Below, in pieces: positions 59,919 through 64,000 of a DNA stretch of 64,000 nt. This stretch comes from an uncultured Bacteroidia bacterium (GTDB lineage: Bacteria; Bacteroidota; Bacteroidia; JAIBAJ01), in contig OZ260106.1 of assembly GCA_965284645.1 (NCBI GenBank), positions 2,815,747 to 2,879,746 of the forward strand. Direction: 5' to 3'. How positions within the stretch are numbered: position 1 is the stretch's first letter; every line of letters begins with the position of its first letter. The translations under genes and the position numbers were made by a program. The notes below the pieces were generated by a model. That model was given only the letters and a program-made list of their open reading frames with translations. It was not told the DNA's origin and made no database searches.

Positions 59919-62084
59919 ATGAATAAACTAAGCCTTTTTTTAAGTTTTAAGTTTACCTTAATTGTTTTATTCTCCTTGGCTCAAGCTCCGGATGCATTCA
60001 ATTACCAGGCTGTAATTCGAAATGGTCAAGGCAACGTAATTGCCAATAGCAATGAGCAGTTTAAATTTGACATTCATAAAACTACTTCCAGTGGTCAGGT
60101 TGTTTATTCTGAAGAACAAATCGCCACTACGAATGCCTTTGGATTGGTTAATTTCCAAATTGGAAGAGGCACCAATCCATCGACCAGTTTCTCGGCTATA
60201 AATTGGAATGCCGGACCTTATTTTCTGGAAGTTAAGCGCATGGTGAATGGCAGTTATGAGAGCATTGGTACCCAAGAATTAATAAGTGTTCCTTTTGCTT
60301 TAAATGCTAAGAAACTAAGTCTTCCTTATTCGGAGAACTTGCAAGGCACAGATGCCAATTTTAACTCCCAACTTTCATTTACAGACATCACAACCAATTC
60401 TTTTAGCAGCGATATTTCATTTGCAAAAATTGTTAGTGACAATCGTCCGCCTTTGGAGCTTGAATCAATTAATAAAACTGGATTGAAAGTATTGTCATAC
60501 AATGCCGAAGGTGCCATGATTCAAAGCAGTTTAAATAAGCCGGCAATAATGGCCAAGTCAATTGGAAATACCAATACGGTTCATATAGAAGGTAATAGTG
60601 GTGGGACAAACAGTCAATTGTTGTTATCAGAAAGTGAGAATGATTTCGCCCGATTATCCTTTATTTCCAATTATGTGTATTGGACCGGGAACCAAACTTC
60701 CAATTTATGGACTTTGGCAGCAAAAACCGATGCTACAAATAGCAACGCCCGATTTCATTTTTATAAAACTGGCACAGGAAATATACTGTCCTTAAGTGGA
60801 GATGGAAATGTAGGAGTAGGGGTTACTGACCCAACAGCCAAATTTGAAGTTGCGGGTCAACTTAAAATAACCGGAGGTGGTCCGGGACAAGGGAAAGTTC
60901 TAACCTCAGACGCTAATGGTTTAGCAAGTTGGCAAACTCCAACGGGTGGCGGCACAGGCAACTTTTCCTTACCCTACAATTCAGGAACCTTAAATTACTC
61001 CTCTGTACCACTTTTTAGCGTAACCAATACGGATGCAGATGGATTGGAAGGAATTTCAGGTTATTTCAATGGAGTTGGAGTAAGAGGAGTAAACACCTAT
61101 TCTGGTTCTCTTAGTGCTCAAACAGTTGGCGTTTTGGGCGTAACTACCAACGGAAGTGGAATTAAGGGTGTGGTTTCCGGAACGGGAAATCCAAGTGGTA
61201 CAGCTGGTTATTTTTATGCACCTTCAAGTGGTGCAGCAATTCAAACGATTGGATTATCTTCTTTTTCCAAATCACAAAATGCCTTAATCCCAACTGCGGC
61301 TGTTGATATTGATGGAGAATTACGTTTAAGAGCCCAACAAACACCGGCAATTCTCACATCGGGATTAATTTGGTTTGATGGAAGCAATTTTAAGGGGTAT
61401 AACGGTTTAACAACGGTTAATTTTGGAGGAAGTGGAGGAAGTGGAAGCAGTGAGTGGTCGCAAACAACCGACGGGATTTTTAATACAAACCTTACCAATG
61501 TTGGCATTGGAACCAATACGCCTTATGCCAAACTTCATGTAGAAGGTGGCCAGGTTTTTATCAAAAACAGTATCAATGGTGGGTTACGAGTAACCAATAC
61601 CGGAAGCAGTGTTTCAGCTGTTGAGTTCCAGGCAGCCAATGGCACCGGATTATCAGTTTTGGCACAAAATGGTATTGATGTGCAGGCAAATGATATAGGA
61701 ATTGTGGGTGTGAGTGTTGCCACATCTGGTGGAAAAGGGATTTATGGTTTATCCTATAGCGGGACAGGAACAGGTATAGAGGCCAGCAATCTTCATAATT
61801 CAGGAATTGCCTTTAAAGTAAGCAGTGGAGGTGTTTCTGATACTGGTGGAAAGTGGTCATTTCGGATTTATCCATATAGTGGCGATTTATCTCAAATACT
61901 AATTAATTACCCCAATCAATCCATCAACGATATGTTATATATTCAATCCATAGGCAGTGGAAATGGAGCCACCAATTTTACCCTTGAGTGGGATGGGATA
62001 TTAAATATTTGGAAATTACTTCCCATCAGTGGAAATTTTGATGCGGGCCTTGCTTTTAATGTAATGGTTATCCATGCCAACTAA
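59919..62084 (+). CDS. Large secreted Gly/Ser/Thr/Asn-rich protein with repeated tail-fibre-like motifs
   Basis: Signal peptide. N-terminal APDAFNYQAVIRNGQGNVIANSNEQFKFDI block. Two internal GNVGVGVTDPTAKFEVAGQLKITGG / TNVGIGTNTPYAKLHVEGG motifs homologous to the N-terminus of ORF 5052. No T9SS tail recognised. Confidence 0.5.
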   Translation: MNKLSLFLSFKFTLIVLFSLAQAPDAFNYQAVIRNGQGNVIANSNEQFKFDIHKTTSSGQVVYSEEQIATTNAFGLVNFQIGRGTNPSTSFSAINWNAGPYFLEVKRMVNGSYESIGTQELISVPFALNAKKLSLPYSENLQGTDANFNSQLSFTDITTNSFSSDISFAKIVSDNRPPLELESINKTGLKVLSYNAEGAMIQSSLNKPAIMAKSIGNTNTVHIEGNSGGTNSQLLLSESENDFARLSFISNYVYWTGNQTSNLWTLAAKTDATNSNARFHFYKTGTGNILSLSGDGNVGVGVTDPTAKFEVAGQLKITGGGPGQGKVLTSDANGLASWQTPTGGGTGNFSLPYNSGTLNYSSVPLFSVTNTDADGLEGISGYFNGVGVRGVNTYSGSLSAQTVGVLGVTTNGSGIKGVVSGTGNPSGTAGYFYAPSSGAAIQTIGLSSFSKSQNALIPTAAVDIDGELRLRAQQTPAILTSGLIWFDGSNFKGYNGLTTVNFGGSGGSGSSEWSQTTDGIFNTNLTNVGIGTNTPYAKLHVEGGQVFIKNSINGGLRVTNTGSSVSAVEFQAANGTGLSVLAQNGIDVQANDIGIVGVSVATSGGKGIYGLSYSGTGTGIEASNLHNSGIAFKVSSGGVSDTGGKWSFRIYPYSGDLSQILINYPNQSINDMLYIQSIGSGNGATNFTLEWDGILNIWKLLPISGNFDAGLAFNVMVIHAN

Positions 62085-62125
62085 ATCTTTGTAAGAATAG
62101 AACTTACTTTTCCGAATTCAACAAC

Positions 62126-62161
62126 ATGGCTGGTTTCAAATGGATTCCAGCCATTTTTTTT
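62126..62161 (+). terminator. Rho-independent terminator after ORF 59919-62084
   Basis: ATGGCTGG / CCAGCCAT 8-bp stem, 13-nt loop, followed by TTTTTTTTT. Confidence 0.65.
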
Positions 62162-62286
62162 AATCCATTCTGGTGGTACTGACCTTGGTTTTCTAAGTAA
62201 TCAGTTTAAAATTCCATTATTTAATCTGTAATTTGAATTTTACCTATTTTTCTTTTGGTTGAAAAACCATTTATTAATCGGAATTG

Positions 62287-62556
62287 CATTTCTAATGACT
62301 CATTTGGGTGATTTCAAACTGCTTATTTTTTTATTTGGCGGGCTCCATTTTGCCCAAAACATTTGCCTAAATTTTAAGCAGTCTACCAGGCAAAATGGCC
62401 ACGCTTTCGGCGGTAGTCCTCGGTCTGTGAAGGGCTAGGCCATTAATACTTTCTTAGGGTTTAACCAAATAAATTACCTGACTGCTTTTAATAGAAAATA
62501 GGCCTAGCCCTTCACATCCCTGTGGGCTACACTGCCTCTATCGTTGCCCGAGACCC
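62287..62556 (-). repeat. Mosaic repeat locus 10: A-terminus fragment (62287-62310) + module B (minus, 62323-62556) with expanded central hairpin
   Basis: TTTTTTTATTTGGCGGGCTCCATTTTGCCC...GTCCTCGGTCT-[GTGAAGGGCTAGGCC ... 59 nt ... GGCCTAGCCCTTCAC]-ATCCCTGTGGGCTACACTGCCTCTATCGTTGCCCG. A 15-bp perfect inverted repeat replaces the short variable hairpin of the other B copies. Confidence 0.8.
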
Positions 62557-62588
62557 TTCGAACCTTAGTTTTGTCTAAAACCTACATC

Positions 62589-63467
62589 CTATCGAGGCAT
62601 ATACTTGTTGTGGTCGTCTTCTTCGAATGGCTTAACTTGTTGAACTGGCTTCTCCACTTGTTTTGAAAAGAAAGGTGTAGGCGCTTGTCCTTCAAACCCT
62701 TGGTTATGCAATGCTTTAATGCGTTTACTCAAGTGAGGATGGGTTGAAACCTTCTCCGAAAACCAAGTCCAGAATCCACCGATTTGGTCATATTGGTTAG
62801 CATACACCTTGGCATTTACCTGTTTGAATAATTTGTTTCCGGCAGCCAAAACCAACAATCCTGAAGGCGCACCCTGTGGACTTAAGGCTGATCCAATATT
62901 GTCGCAAGTGTATTCACAAGCTCTGCTGTAAGCTGAATTCAAAAAAGGAACTAAAATAGAAGGCAAGGTCAGCAATTGCTTTAAAATATGGTTGCGCTTG
63001 ATATGACCTAATTCATGACCAATCACAAAATCTAAGGTCTCCGGATGGTTCTCAAGGGCTTCATCGGCAATATTCGAATACAGTACTATGTAGTTAACTC
63101 CCATAAACTTAGTGGCAAAGGCATTCAAAACGCCTCCGGCCTGCATAATATAAACATCGGGTGTTTGCTTCAAACCCAAGGCCTGGCTTTGGCGTGTAAC
63201 AGCTTCAAATATCCTTGGAAATTGATCATAACCCACTTTCACAGCATTGCCTCTGATATAGCCCACCATTACTCCCATTTGTATGAAAAGAATCAACACA
63301 ATGACTATCAAATAACTGATTCCAAAAAGGGCATAAGGTTGATTACTAGTAAGACTATTCATTATGGAGAAAACAATAAAGGCATACCCCAACAAGGCTG
63401 CAATGATTTTAATTCCGAAATAGATATTTTCCTTCGAATGAACCTTATAGGTAATGTTAGCTTCCAT
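62589..63467 (-). CDS. M48-family zinc metalloprotease (HtpX-like), membrane-anchored
   Basis: HExxH motif GHELGHIKRNH. Two N-terminal TM helices. Confidence 0.75.
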   Translation of the reverse strand: MEANITYKVHSKENIYFGIKIIAALLGYAFIVFSIMNSLTSNQPYALFGISYLIVIVLILFIQMGVMVGYIRGNAVKVGYDQFPRIFEAVTRQSQALGLKQTPDVYIMQAGGVLNAFATKFMGVNYIVLYSNIADEALENHPETLDFVIGHELGHIKRNHILKQLLTLPSILVPFLNSAYSRACEYTCDNIGSALSPQGAPSGLLVLAAGNKLFKQVNAKVYANQYDQIGGFWTWFSEKVSTHPHLSKRIKALHNQGFEGQAPTPFFSKQVEKPVQQVKPFEEDDHNKYMPR

Positions 63468-63653
63468 GTCGTATTTTGGACGAAAATAGTAGAAAAAAAA
63501 TAATACCGAATAGACATTATGTATAGTCCAATAGTAGGCTTACATTTTCTAGAAAAGATTTGACTATCAAACTGTATCCCCGGCATTTACCATTCTAATT
63601 TTACAAATATCCTTAGGACGATTTTTAAATTAAAAATGGTATAAAAGGTTTAT

Positions 63654-64000
63654 TTAACCCAGATTACGCATTAGAAATGCATAAACGATTAACCAGTTGT
63701 AAATCAATTTTTATAGCCAAATTGATAACAACTGCTATCCCAAAATTCCTTAGGGAGGGGTAAACCCAACTAAATCAAGTAGTTCGGATTAATAAATCCT
63801 CCTATTGATTAATTTGGGTTTAATGGCAAAATGGTTTTGCTGGCACTTCACTTCCCGGGCAGGGATAGCAGTGGAAAGCCCACAGGACCGCCGTGACCCG
63901 AACCCTTTCGGGTTACAGCGGGGCGAGGACTTGGAACGGATAGCCCGGTGCTTTCGCCCCTTGCTAAAGCCAAGATTAATAGCAAAAAGGTTTTGGGCGA
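63654..64000 (+). repeat. Mosaic repeat locus 11: module A (plus, 63654-63824) + module B (plus, 63854-window end, truncated by window)
   Basis: A: TTAACCCAGATTACGCATTAGAAATGCATAAACGATTAACCAGTTGTAAATCAATT...TTGATTAATTTGGGTTTAATGG. B: CCCGGGCAGGGATAGCAGTGGAAAGCCCACAGG-[CCGCCGTGACCCGAACCCTTTCGGGTTACAGCGGGG nested hairpin]-GAGGACTTGGAACGGATAGCCCGG... Confidence 0.85.

Noticed and set aside
63045-63503. 152-aa + strand ORF opposite the M48 protease gene
   Set aside because: Antisense shadow ORF inside a gene with a clear HExxH metalloprotease signature.

Overview
The window looks like a 64-kb Bacteroidetes-type chromosomal segment. Evidence for that lineage: several predicted proteins end in T9SS/Por C-terminal sorting domains, there are many lipoproteins with SpII-type signal peptides, and the promoters match the TAnnTTTG -7 motif. 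About 50 protein-coding genes are supportable. Most are housekeeping: trmD, 2-oxoglutarate:ferredoxin oxidoreductase korAB with a NifU-like gene, pyruvate dehydrogenase E1-alpha and E2, topoisomerase IV subunit B, fadD, rlmB, an IscS-like cysteine desulfurase, and a PabC-like class IV aminotransferase. There is also secreted and envelope machinery: a C25 gingipain-like protease translationally coupled to an M28 aminopeptidase, a 1869-aa thioester alpha-2-macroglobulin, and a TonB-dependent receptor embedded in a PhoD/NPP/EEP/acylase phosphate-scavenging cluster. Oxidation chemistry is represented by an AlkB-like membrane hydroxylase, a sterol-desaturase-like protein, an AhpD-like protein, and a predicted c-type-heme + PHM/DBH-like copper monooxygenase fused to a T9SS tail. 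A small AT-rich islet carries an AbiEi/AbiEii (type IV TA / abortive infection) pair with a perfect operator palindrome, a divergent HxlR/YciI pair, and an unrecognised Cys-rich ORF. The dominant non-coding signal is a very dense family of mosaic interspersed repeats, with at least 11 loci in 64 kb. Module A is about 170 bp, has AACCCAGATTA-type terminal inverted repeats and is packed with internal hairpins. Module B is about 150 bp with a conserved core (GGGATAGCAGYGGAAAGCCCACAGG ... GAGGACTTGSARYGRATAGCCCGRCC), an intervening hairpin whose sequence varies between copies but whose pairing is preserved, a GGCG..CGCC hairpin and an A-rich tail. These repeats bracket most gene blocks; one locus (43.6-44.6 kb) is a roughly 0.9-kb imperfect palindrome of these modules. 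No rRNA, tRNA or CRISPR array was seen.
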